The position numbers and the translations under genes were made by a program. From contig JAQOWU010000007.1 of the NCBI GenBank assembly GCA_030867685.1, positions 124,001-188,000 on the forward strand: a stretch of 64,000 nt of DNA. The letters run 5' to 3'. This stretch comes from Wickerhamiella versatilis (Eukaryota). Within the stretch, counting starts at the first letter, position 1. Every line of letters begins with the position of its first letter. Under the pieces are notes generated by a model. The model was given only the letters and a program-made list of their open reading frames with translations. It was not told the origin of the DNA and searched no databases. Shown piece by piece: positions 47,534-57,950 of this stretch.

Positions 47534-49519
47534 TCATGAAACAGTACAATTATTTGCTGCATCCTCGAACCTGTCAAAGTGTGCATCGTCGCCTATATCA
47601 GGAAACAGCGGTGCAGCTAGACCATCAAATAAAGGGTAAAGCACTTCTTCCATAGGCTCTTCTTCTGGCGATTGCATGAGAGACGAATTCGCGATCAACT
47701 GACTCATTATTTCCAAAAGCTCTTTCCAGATCTGAACGGCCGGATTTCTTATTGTTGGCATAAATGGCAAATACTCTGAGATGATAAGATTTTCCATGAT
47801 CTTCCGTAATTTTTCTAGGTTATCCTGGTTGTCTTTCTGATGTTGAGGATAGCGTAGCTGCCTGCAGAGCAGGGTACCTACAGCAGTTGTCACGACGAGG
47901 CTAAGAGAATAGCCACATGAACGACGAAACCTACTTTCCTCAGATGCAAATTCCAGTATTCTATATGCGGACTCGGTGACAATTTGGAGAGATGGTCTTG
48001 GAATAGTTGAGGGCAGAAAGTCAGGATAGAAAGCCGGTATGGAATGAATTAATAACAATGTGTGATAATACTTGAGCAGTGTTATCGGGATATAATGTGT
48101 TGTTAAATAATATTCAAACATTTTATACCCGGCATCACGAGGATTGATGCTTATCTGGTGGTAGTATTCCGGTAATTGGCTATACCAAATGGAGATATCA
48201 GTATCTAATTGCAAGATTACACCGTAAAGTTTCTTCGAAGAATATCTTCCATTGAAAATTTCAAACAGTGTTTCGCGCATCTCGTTATAAACCCGATGAA
48301 TTTCAAGGCTATAACCCAAAGGACTCGTCGAACCGAAATAATCAGTATATTTGCTCGGATCATTTATAGGAGACTTTTCCAATCTAAACATCGAGTTCGT
48401 TTGGTGAAAAAATGTCAGGACATGCCACACAGCTATGCGTTGCACCCCCATGTTTAACGAGAAGCGAAAGTTGAACTCGTCGAGATCGATTTTAATTGCT
48501 CGAGCCTTGGAAGCGATCACCAATAAATACCTCGCACTTGAAGGTAAAAAGATAAATTTATGCATTAGCCATATTAGCGTTATTCCACACCTTACAAGGA
48601 GAAAGCTGGGTTCTGAAAATGCCATGGACTCCAAAAATTCAATCGCCTTGTAAAGAGCAATACGGTATTGAGTTTCACAAAACTCAGTCGAATATGTCTG
48701 CACATCACTTGTTTTATTGAAGAGAGATGCAAAATAACATTCTAGTACTACTGCAGCCTCAAACCCACTCCGGATCCTAGGGGGTGTCTTCTCCCAGGCC
48801 TCGGGTTCGAAATCACGAGGTGTCATGAGGAACCGCAAAACCATTTCAGTGGGCTTATTGGGCAAGCTTTTTGCAACATAATGATGATCTGGTTCGTCTG
48901 GATCGTCACCAACTGCCTTTCTTAACAGTCTGCTATGTGTTTCAATGCACTGATTCACATAGGCTGGGTCCATTGACTGGTAAACGCACTCGTCGGACAG
49001 CTTATCCAGCAACTCATCGTTTTCAAGTTTTAAGCGCTGAACAGATCTTAGCATATTCTTCAATCGACGGACCATACTTGGATGCTGAAGCGGCTTGCCC
49101 AGTGTGGACAGGGTATCGACCGAAACCACAGTTTCAGAGCTATCAGTACACAGAAGTACAGCTCGAATCCAGTCGTTAAATATGGGTATACTTGCTTTCT
49201 CCCTATGTCCCAATTCTTTAGACTCCGCATTAGGTTCAGACTCTCGATTACATGAAACAGTGGGTTCAATAGATTTTGACCCTTCACCAGTATCAGACCT
49301 TCTCTTCAGTAGCCTTTCAATCCTTTGCAGCCTTTCCGTTACCTCCACAAACCTCCAGTCTGCTTTTGTGGGGCGACTACTTGCAGTGTAAACACAAGCT
49401 GTACCTGATATTCTGCATGAGCCACAAACAGGCCTGACACTATCACAGCGGGTCTTCTTACGTCTGCATGAATCACAAGCGATTAAAGTTTTGCGCTCAA
49501 TGCCTCTTGCGGGCCCCAT
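47534..49519 (-). CDS. Zn(II)2Cys6 fungal transcription factor
   Basis: ACDSCRRKKTRCDSVRPVCGSCRISGTACVY followed by a coiled-coil dimerisation helix; acidic C-terminus. Confidence 0.93.
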   Translation of the reverse strand: MGPARGIERKTLIACDSCRRKKTRCDSVRPVCGSCRISGTACVYTASSRPTKADWRFVEVTERLQRIERLLKRRSDTGEGSKSIEPTVSCNRESEPNAESKELGHREKASIPIFNDWIRAVLLCTDSSETVVSVDTLSTLGKPLQHPSMVRRLKNMLRSVQRLKLENDELLDKLSDECVYQSMDPAYVNQCIETHSRLLRKAVGDDPDEPDHHYVAKSLPNKPTEMVLRFLMTPRDFEPEAWEKTPPRIRSGFEAAVVLECYFASLFNKTSDVQTYSTEFCETQYRIALYKAIEFLESMAFSEPSFLLVRCGITLIWLMHKFIFLPSSARYLLVIASKARAIKIDLDEFNFRFSLNMGVQRIAVWHVLTFFHQTNSMFRLEKSPINDPSKYTDYFGSTSPLGYSLEIHRVYNEMRETLFEIFNGRYSSKKLYGVILQLDTDISIWYSQLPEYYHQISINPRDAGYKMFEYYLTTHYIPITLLKYYHTLLLIHSIPAFYPDFLPSTIPRPSLQIVTESAYRILEFASEESRFRRSCGYSLSLVVTTAVGTLLCRQLRYPQHQKDNQDNLEKLRKIMENLIISEYLPFMPTIRNPAVQIWKELLEIMSQLIANSSLMQSPEEEPMEEVLYPLFDGLAAPLFPDIGDDAHFDRFEDAANNCTVS

Positions 49520-49819
49520 GGATCTTCAGGGCTGAACCAAGCTCTGTTCGATGGCTGACAAAGCAGATATCAAGTCTATGAAGGCATTAGGGAATGGGAT
49601 AATGGTCCAGCATTGTTTTTGAGAAACGCAAACTAGGAATTAAAAAACATACTAGATTGTGCTGATCTCTATAGACGGATATATCTGCTAAGTGTCTTCT
49701 GTACACTGAACACTACTATACCCTAACCCCGGGGAGAGCGAGGCCGAGATCCGGACCTGTGCTCCTTGGTATATATATCTGGATCTGGTCTTTGGGGATT
49801 AATCCTCAATTCTGCTTTG

Positions 49820-51016
49820 ATGGTATCTAAAGCAACGCTAAATACAGACAGTTGCATGATGTACTCATCGCTCGATGAACCTCCGATTGATCCGCCGCCG
49901 AAATATTCCGCGATAAATGAGGACACTGGCAAACAAAACGTGGAGTCAAAGCCCAAAATGCTACCTATCATAGTACCGCAGTCAACCAAGCAGGCTGGGG
50001 CTTTGTATAATGCGTTCAGTTGTCCCTTTATGCGATGCTATTCACCGGACCTAGCGTATCTGGGCATCAGTGAAGAAAAATTCCTGGAAGTTATTGACGG
50101 ACTCAATGAAGTATTTATTTTACATCCATTATTTCAGACTATTAATGTGGCTGGCCTAGCTGTCTCGATGGTTCCCCATCATATTGCACAACTACTCGGA
50201 GGTGTGATATCATTAGGTGGTGGCATTGGTGGATCGGCATTGAGCTACGTCAGGACCAAAAAATATGTGAAACAGTTGAACGAAGAAACATTCTGGCCAA
50301 AAGGATTGTGTCTCAGAATTCGTAGTACGAAGAAAATGTTGAATGCCATTGGATTTGAAGGTGGGAACAATGCATTCAAGTCACACTTTCCTAATATTAA
50401 CAATGTTGAAGATGCAGAAATGTGCTCTTACTTTGGGAGACGGCAAGAAATTGACCAACACGAAGTTTTACTGGATGCCCTAGATGGTCGTGTGGCCTCG
50501 CTAACCAAAGACGTCCCGTCCGTGATAAAACCGACTAACTGGATGGACAACATGTCCTCATGGCAAGCTTCTAGAGCGGAAAAAAAACAGGTGAGAAAAG
50601 AGGCTGAACTTTGGAGGAAAGCACAAGAGAAAGGGTACGATGTCCAGAAAGAAACGCGACATGAGCAAAGAAATGTTGACAAAGTACTTCTAAAGATTGA
50701 AAAATATGAAAAGTATCGTGACAATGCTAAGACCCCAAAGAAATATAAACACGCGGAGGAAGAGCTGGTAAAGCTAAGGTCAGACTTACGAAAAGAGGAG
50801 AGAACTCGTGATAAAAAGGTTGCAGAGAAGATGCGTGACTTTCGCAGGGAGGGTTCTAAATTCACAGAAAATACAGCTAAAACTGCAATGCGGCTAAGGT
50901 GGATCGTAATTATGCCCAAAGCGAGTATAGGCCTGGACGAGGACCTAGTTGACGATGAAGAACTAGCTGACGACGAAAAGGTTTGTGACGAAAAATATTC
51001 GGTGAAGACCGCTTAG
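49820..51016 (+). CDS. Uncharacterised fungal protein with PPxY motif and charged coiled-coil C-terminus
   Basis: Long ORF. PIIVPQ...PFMRCYSPDL...ISEEKFLEVIDGLN resembles an uncharacterised fungal family. Start is uncertain (49820 or 49856). Confidence 0.7.
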   Translation: MVSKATLNTDSCMMYSSLDEPPIDPPPKYSAINEDTGKQNVESKPKMLPIIVPQSTKQAGALYNAFSCPFMRCYSPDLAYLGISEEKFLEVIDGLNEVFILHPLFQTINVAGLAVSMVPHHIAQLLGGVISLGGGIGGSALSYVRTKKYVKQLNEETFWPKGLCLRIRSTKKMLNAIGFEGGNNAFKSHFPNINNVEDAEMCSYFGRRQEIDQHEVLLDALDGRVASLTKDVPSVIKPTNWMDNMSSWQASRAEKKQVRKEAELWRKAQEKGYDVQKETRHEQRNVDKVLLKIEKYEKYRDNAKTPKKYKHAEEELVKLRSDLRKEERTRDKKVAEKMRDFRREGSKFTENTAKTAMRLRWIVIMPKASIGLDEDLVDDEELADDEKVCDEKYSVKTA

Positions 51017-51807
51017 TCTCAATTGCATGTGAATTATATTGTGAGTAATAAATATCTAGACGCATATATAACTATTCAGTTAGTATACAGCAGAGTCCAC
51101 TTTTCACCATTACTAATAACATATTTCCTATTACATTGTTCAACCAGCCTGGGTAGTTAATGAGTGATACTTCAGAAGAGAAATACATACCCGAAGCACA
51201 CCAAAAGGGTGAAGGGCGAAGAGAAAAAAACTCACTATGAAAGAAATGTCGTGAATGTACTTACACTGTCTAGCATTCCAATTATCACTTCTTGTTTGAC
51301 AATTGCACATCTACCATCTAAAGTGACCATTTATTACTGCCATTAGCTCCCCTATTACTTCTTCTTGTACACATCTACAAACCAAATAAGTTTTTTGTTC
51401 TTCGACGCATGGTGACTATTTGGATCTGCAGTATGTCCACTTTACTTATTGCAAGCGTATGGATTTCGTACTTCCAAACGTGCCACGTCCAAAAAGGAAA
51501 CAGTGAAGGCTTCGCATAAGGAAAACTCTGGCCTCCGAAGTCCAGCTTCACTTATTTCTAGCGAAGAATTGACCACTGCCATCCTGTCATGTCATTCTAT
51601 ACCCTTATCAGTCAGTATGTGACATGGGACTAATATGATGGAGTGTTACAACCCTTTCTCCAGTCAGAGTTTTAATTCGTATTGTTATTTTAGTAGAGAC
51701 CACTCTGCACCCTGTAATGCAAGCTATTTTCCATTCTCTTAGGAATGTGGCTTACCTTCAAATATTCCCGGGAGAGTTGTGTGAATACCCTGCAACTCTT
51801 GAGAGTT

Positions 51808-52272
51808 TCACTTCTCAGCATATTTTGGAACGACAGTAACAGCAGTAGCGCAACAGCAAACCTGGGACAGTTCACCAAATTCCCCCATAACCTCAGAATC
51901 AAACCGAAATCCATACGCAGCATTTGCTCCTGTTGCCTTTACACCCTCCACCATTCGATCGACGGCTTCTTCACGCGCATCTTGGACTAGAGAAGTCAGC
52001 TTATAAGCCTCGCAGGTATGACGGTACTCCTTACCTGTGTTACGAACCGATGTCGTTTTGAAAGATCTAAAAGACCGCCTTACCGTCGTACCATAGACCA
52101 CTCCATGAATCTTGACAATGTCGTATCCCGGAAAATCCCCTACTGTTGAAAGAAGAATACCATTATTCTGCTCGGGACATACTATGGTATACGGAGGTGG
52201 GGACTCGGGATCTGGATCGGCATCGGCTGCCTTTGTATCTGGATCTGGATGTTTTGACTTTCCAAAGGGCAT
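51808..52272 (-). CDS. YbjQ/UPF0145-family protein with N-terminal PPPY motif
   Basis: LSTVGDFPGYDIVKIHGVVYG...AREEAVDRM...GANA.YGFRFD...ATAV matches the UPF0145 pattern. Confidence 0.8.
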   Translation of the reverse strand: MPFGKSKHPDPDTKAADADPDPESPPPYTIVCPEQNNGILLSTVGDFPGYDIVKIHGVVYGTTVRRSFRSFKTTSVRNTGKEYRHTCEAYKLTSLVQDAREEAVDRMVEGVKATGANAAYGFRFDSEVMGEFGELSQVCCCATAVTVVPKYAEK

Positions 52273-52512
52273 TCAATATCACCAATTTGTCAAAATTGGA
52301 TATTCCAATGTGCTTACTAGCTGCTTTTTCCGGAATCCTGTGGAGATATAAATGTCTGGTCCTGCGGCATACGTCATATTCGTAAGCCATCAAACAACAG
52401 CTGCAGTGGCAGTGGCAGCGTCGGACTCACCTTCGATTCAAAATATGGAAGGGTGTTACCAAGAAACAAACCATATATATATCATTACGCTATAGAAAAC
52501 TTATTTGCTACG

Positions 52513-53001
52513 TCATACCTTCTCGCTCATTTGCTCCTTTGGCTGAGCCTCGTTCTTCTCCTTATCGGCACGAGACTTTGCCCACTTTGCAAAATATCTT
52601 TCAAAGCGATCCTCAAACAACACTGTCAAGAAAAACATCGCTACTATATAAGCAGATGTTGCTTGAAAACAAGGTCTGGACCACCCAAGGATCGTTGACT
52701 CGACCCCTAGCATATATAGCGTGTGACTGGGGAGAAAAAAGTAGTATTTATAGCGCTTTACAATGGGATCATTCTGCTTTACCTCAACATGTTCATACCA
52801 CTCCTTCTCCCATCCTTCACCACACAGGTCTGTCATTCTCCGGTGAACACGTCTGCTAACCAGACACGTAAGTGTAAGACCTATTATCATGAAAATGATA
52901 GAAAGAGCGAGTGGACCATATCGCTTGATGTGCTCGAAAGCCTCAAGATTCTCGGGAGAGAACTGCAGTAACTCGCGACCAAAATTCATTGGGCAACCCA
53001 T
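52513..53001 (-). CDS. Small membrane protein of unknown function
   Basis: ATG-started 162-aa ORF with 2-3 hydrophobic segments; weak similarity to 53545-54063. Confidence 0.55.
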   Translation of the reverse strand: MGCPMNFGRELLQFSPENLEAFEHIKRYGPLALSIIFMIIGLTLTCLVSRRVHRRMTDLCGEGWEKEWYEHVEVKQNDPIVKRYKYYFFLPSHTLYMLGVESTILGWSRPCFQATSAYIVAMFFLTVLFEDRFERYFAKWAKSRADKEKNEAQPKEQMSEKV

Positions 53002-53544
53002 GACTAAGCTTGCTGTTTCGGGCAGACGATAAAGAAATTAAAACAATCCCACTATGGTTTCTAAATGCCAGGCATTTACGTAGTATTAAAGAGGTGCAAA
53101 TAAATAAAATAGACTGTACCGCTATATGTACTGAAGAAGGATAAAACGAGATTCAGATCCATTGGCAGGTACTTAGTTCAGAGGGGCCCCTGTTTCCAAC
53201 CAGCAGAGGTTCCACCTAGTCGACAAACATCCTGCTTCATAAGGCCCCATTTCCTCGCTGCAGCAATGCCCTGTTATCTCTTGACTTTTGAGATCTTGCA
53301 GTATCGATTATGGTCATGCAGCAGCACGTTGCATATCCTGCAGTCATGCCTCAAACAATTCGAGAAACCCGGTTCACCTTGAAAATCGGGGACATGTAGT
53401 GAGATTGAATAGAATAGATGACAGCTATAGCTATAGCAAAGTTCATCGATCAGCGCTTCATACCAGGCAGTGTACAGGGCTATCTTGTCACCCAGGTCAT
53501 AGGCAAACTTAATAAATATCACCAATTAATCGAAACCGTGCACT

Positions 53545-54063
53545 TCATACTGCAGTCGCTTTGTTACCTTCAATAGCATTCGTCCTTTCACGTTCACCCA
53601 CAAACCTAGGTCTGAACACAACTGTCTTCCAAGCACCGGCCAAGTCCCTCCAACCACAGCAAGACTGCTTCTTTAGCGAACAGAAAAAAGCTATGGTCGA
53701 TATCGTTGAGGCAAGAACGAAATAAAGCGTTCCATAGCCAACCGCTACCGTAATTATTAAATCCACCACAATCGTCAAAAGATTACTGCATAAAGTCAAA
53801 CCCAGTAAGATCAGTCCACGAAGTTTGGGGTCATTATCATATATCTCAGTGTCATAAGAACGGCCGCTCTTTTTGCCTATCTCAATACCATGGACATTTC
53901 TTAACCTTGCTACAATGTGTTGCCAGCAACTGAGGGACATAAATCCCGAGACCATGAAGCACACTGCCACAAGGGGGACAAGCCCAATAGCTTCGATTCT
54001 CGACACTATCTCGTTTCCAATTAACGCAATAGTCCGCCGTGAAATGCCGTTTATATCGGGCAT
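53545..54063 (-). CDS. Small membrane protein of unknown function
   Basis: ATG-started 172-aa ORF with 3 hydrophobic segments. Confidence 0.55.
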   Translation of the reverse strand: MPDINGISRRTIALIGNEIVSRIEAIGLVPLVAVCFMVSGFMSLSCWQHIVARLRNVHGIEIGKKSGRSYDTEIYDNDPKLRGLILLGLTLCSNLLTIVVDLIITVAVGYGTLYFVLASTISTIAFFCSLKKQSCCGWRDLAGAWKTVVFRPRFVGERERTNAIEGNKATAV

Positions 54064-54293
54064 TTTATCCTTCGCTTATGATTTTGATTACAAATACCTC
54101 GCCGAACGATGACTTTGAGCTTGGGGTAGAAAGCCAAGTTTTTCAGCTCCTTTTCAGATTTTCAATCGTTTTTACTGTAGATTTCCAGCAACTTAGTACC
54201 TACTAAGCATCGGCACATCATGGACTCACAGCGACTCCAAGAATAAGATTGCTATATAATCAAGCAGTCTTATCCCGGTTGTGATAGCATATC

Positions 54294-55238
54294 ATGGTCT
54301 CATCTACGTGGACCAAAAACGCGGGAACTGACGCACTGGAGGTCGAGGATATTGACGCAATCAGTGAAACGGAGGAGCTCACCAGTTCACGCAGGTCGTT
54401 CCTGAAGTGGAACTTTATTCTACTTGGCGGCCTGTACTCCACGGTTGTAACTGTCACAGAGTTTTTTTATAAGCACTTCAGTTCTGTCATCAGTTTGCGA
54501 CTATTTACTATTATTATTTCCAGTTTTGCGTTATTTATGGCCCTTCTTACTGCTCTTGAGCTCAGATTTCGACATCATCCCTTTATCGGGGTAATGTTCG
54601 CCTTGATGCTACCCGTACCGACCGTTGCTCTATTTTTCTATCTGGGAGAGCCCTACACAAGCGTGCTAAGCTATGCATATTTAGATATGGCAGCTGCCTG
54701 TGGATTGGAGGCTTTATTTCTTCACATAAACATTGACCCGTTCCGGTGTAACCTATTTTTGCCGGGCATAATCGCCTCACTATTCCAAGCAATTCTTTTC
54801 TATGTTCCGTATAGGCTGGGAAAGGTGGATGGTGAGACGTTCTGGACAGTGGTACTGGTGGCAGTGATGACATCCCACTATTCACTGCTTATATTCAAAG
54901 CGCTACGCCCGAACCGGCTTCCCCTGTTGCCTAGTGCGCAGCAGCTTGCTATCAATGCTACCACTATGTCTAATATAACTATCGCTTCGAAAAAACTTTC
55001 AGACCATCTTCTTGAGCACGGTGTTTTCACTTCCGTTTTACCGTTTCTAATATCAGCAGTATCGGCGGTATTCACGTGCGTAAGTATGCACAAGCTCAGC
55101 CTGCGCAAGTACGAGAGGATTAGCGACAACTATTCTCAGGTGGACGCGTTGTCATTCTCAGAAATGATATTCATTTTTACACCACCTTTACTGCTCGCTG
55201 TGATCGGTTGCCATGTACCCCTTCCGGCCTTCATTTAA
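54294..55238 (+). CDS. Multi-pass membrane protein of unknown function
   Basis: 314-aa ORF with about 9 hydrophobic segments and an AT-rich terminator-like 3' flank. Confidence 0.7.
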   Translation: MVSSTWTKNAGTDALEVEDIDAISETEELTSSRRSFLKWNFILLGGLYSTVVTVTEFFYKHFSSVISLRLFTIIISSFALFMALLTALELRFRHHPFIGVMFALMLPVPTVALFFYLGEPYTSVLSYAYLDMAAACGLEALFLHINIDPFRCNLFLPGIIASLFQAILFYVPYRLGKVDGETFWTVVLVAVMTSHYSLLIFKALRPNRLPLLPSAQQLAINATTMSNITIASKKLSDHLLEHGVFTSVLPFLISAVSAVFTCVSMHKLSLRKYERISDNYSQVDALSFSEMIFIFTPPLLLAVIGCHVPLPAFI

Positions 55239-56387
55239 TCTCTACCGTTTTTCGTGATTTCGGGCAAACCCACGATTGATTTTCCCTTTGTTTTATGTAT
55301 TTAATATGGTATTTATTTATGTAAATCTTCATATTGCTGGTGGACGGGCTTTGTAAGTAAGCCTATCATTAGCTTAATGATAAGAAGGTACGTAATTCAT
55401 GACATTGTGCTGGTCTTCGTTATTCAGGTCTCTGACCTCGCTTTTTTGTAAGAAAAAGACAATAACTCGGTGATCCAGATGTGTGATGAGCTCCCTCCTC
55501 CTCAACCCCCTCCCCCTATTTATGAACTTTTGCGACCTAGGGACTTGCTGGGCCCCTGAGGTCACCCAAGTGGAGAATCGGGGGTAACTCAGTCTCAGGT
55601 ACTTCCGTTGCTTTAATATTTTTTCGATTCATCAAGGAACTGAAGTATGCTAAAATGAGCAAAAAAATAATTCATCGAAAGACCCACAGGATTGTAATGA
55701 TAGTACAGCATTGGGCCTTTTTGCGGCGAAGTGCCGTCATTTCGGGGGGTGAAAGAAAGTAAATGAGGGAATTCCAAGCGGGAAGAGGGGCCTCACGTTC
55801 TAAAGAGTAATCGATGAATATAATTCCATATTATCACAGGCATAAGCAATTTTTTATAGCGAATATCATTGCCAAGTTTGAAGATCATTTACCGCATGTG
55901 CTCGTCTATAGAAGATGGGAGCACTGCTCAAACATTATTCAATTATGAGGTTCACTATTGGTTTAGATCGGGCCATTTAAGGTATGGAATTGGTCAAAGC
56001 AAGTTAAGCATAATCCAATTAGACCCTATCTCCCGTGTATGCGATATCAACATTAGTTGCCAACATAGTTAATATTTTCGTTCCTCTGAAGCCTGAAGCC
56101 TGCCAATTTTCAATAAGAGATCTAATCCTATCTCCTTATGACACGCTTTGGGCGACGCTCCTATCATGCAAAAGACGATCATGCAAGTCTGCGCATCATC
56201 CCCGCCCTTAGAATGGCTTACTTCCGAGACCAGACCAGCCGAAATAACTGTTTTTCAAGACAGTTTGTGTTTGCAATTCCTACAGTACTATTTTTTTCTT
56301 TATCGAAATTTTTATTTATCCAGTTATTTTTGATCGTCTAAAAGAGCACCCCTGGCAGATCTCTAGAATGACTTTTTCCAGCTCTAC

Positions 56388-57659
56388 TTAACTGGTGCGA
56401 TTGCGGTGCAGCTCCAAAATATTCTCTTCCAGAACATCAAGGGGATCGAGGCGATCCGATTCCTCTTTCACAGCCATGGCACGCTTTTTAAACGTGGGAT
56501 CTTCATGGATCTTGCGCACAGCGCTAACAATATCCTCTTGCGACGGGTTTGCTGAAGGCAAAACTATCCCAATTCCAGCAAACTTGGCGCGCATCGCCAC
56601 AAATATTTTGTCTTCGGAATCGCCTCCAATAATCATCGGCGTACCATTTATCAAGCAGTGCTGAAGACCGCCATAACCACCGTTGTAAACAAAGCACTCG
56701 CAATAAGGTAGTAGCTCATCATACGGCAGGAAATCTATCACCCGACAGTTTTTTGGCAGCTCAATGTCCAATGTGGCATTCCGCTTGCCGAGAATTGCTA
56801 CGGTGAGCACATCTTCATCCTTAAGTGCCATAATGGTTGGAATGAGCAGCTGGTCATAGTCCAACGTATATGTTCCTTGGGAAACTCCAATAACCCGTTT
56901 GCCCTGGAGCTCTGGCCACCACGTGGGATAATCGACCGAAGAACTGGGATGTCTCACCGATCCTGCAAAGGCAAATTGCTCTGGAAGTTTGACACGTGGA
57001 GCCTCTAAAGACGGAGGGCAGAGCTGTAGTGCCTTATCGGCAGTTAAATAACCATACTCTATGAGGACTGTATCTGGTAAAGTCGAGGCCCCGAGGTTTT
57101 CAAGCATCGCGGCATGGTTTTTAATCGCCTTCTGAAGAAGTACTTTTTCCACGTATTCATCCATTGCTTTCCTACGAGCATGCTCAGTGTTGTTTGGATC
57201 GAGATCCAGGCCCTGTGTTTTTGAAACCCTCATAACGAAGGGTGTAATCCCTAAAGAGATCCATGGTATATTTATGTCTGAGCCGCGGTTCAAGACGTGG
57301 CTTCCAAAGAACATGACTTCGCTAATAATCACAGAATTGGGCCGTATGGCCTTTCGGATAGCCTCGACCTGCAGTGGCATGGCATCCACGTACTCGTTTG
57401 CAAGATCCAGAACTGGACGATCAGACTTTCCGCTCTTGAGCAGCGCAGCCTGCTCGGCAGCAGTATTGTCATCAAAGTCGGCGACCCCTCCAAGAGGAAT
57501 GAAGTCTGCACCAATAGCTTCCACCTTCTTACGGGCACTGGTGGCAGATATAACGGTCACATCGTAGCCACGGTCAATAAGACCTTTGCTAAGGCTTAAT
57601 ACCGGCCGCAAGTGGCCCGACAACCCATTAGCACATGCAATGACATGAGGCTTGGACAT
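56388..57659 (-). CDS. GT1 UDP-glucosyltransferase, similar to sophorolipid glucosyltransferase UgtB1
   Basis: ACANGLSGHLRPVLSL, LQLCPPSLE, FAGS, PTWWPEL, SQGT and DFLPYDELLP...YNGGYGGLQHCL.NG.P match recalled UgtB1 features. ATG at 57659; the track start is GTG. Confidence 0.85.
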   Translation of the reverse strand: MSKPHVIACANGLSGHLRPVLSLSKGLIDRGYDVTVISATSARKKVEAIGADFIPLGGVADFDDNTAAEQAALLKSGKSDRPVLDLANEYVDAMPLQVEAIRKAIRPNSVIISEVMFFGSHVLNRGSDINIPWISLGITPFVMRVSKTQGLDLDPNNTEHARRKAMDEYVEKVLLQKAIKNHAAMLENLGASTLPDTVLIEYGYLTADKALQLCPPSLEAPRVKLPEQFAFAGSVRHPSSSVDYPTWWPELQGKRVIGVSQGTYTLDYDQLLIPTIMALKDEDVLTVAILGKRNATLDIELPKNCRVIDFLPYDELLPYCECFVYNGGYGGLQHCLINGTPMIIGGDSEDKIFVAMRAKFAGIGIVLPSANPSQEDIVSAVRKIHEDPTFKKRAMAVKEESDRLDPLDVLEENILELHRNRTS

Positions 57660-57950
57660 AGGCTTGTTGATCAAATGGCTATCGAATGGTGAGTTGTGTG
57701 TGATACACAACACTAAGCAGACATGGGCGACGATCACCTGAGCATGAGCTCCGACTGTCTGGTTGGAGCACGCTAAATTGCAATTATGTACCTATGAATT
57801 TCATCTAATTATGAAACTACTAGCTTAGGTTTGATTGCCTGCCCGAAAATAATTAAAACGTTTTTTCTGCCATAGTATCTGAGCCCAGCCCTGGATCAAT
57901 GAATTAATTACCTAGCCAGAATAACTAGGTCCAATTACTGTATGATGCGT

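Noticed and set aside
51345-51500. Minus-strand FGRGTFGS resembling a kinase glycine loop
   Set aside because: It is followed almost immediately by stops and no other kinase motif is visible; probably chance.
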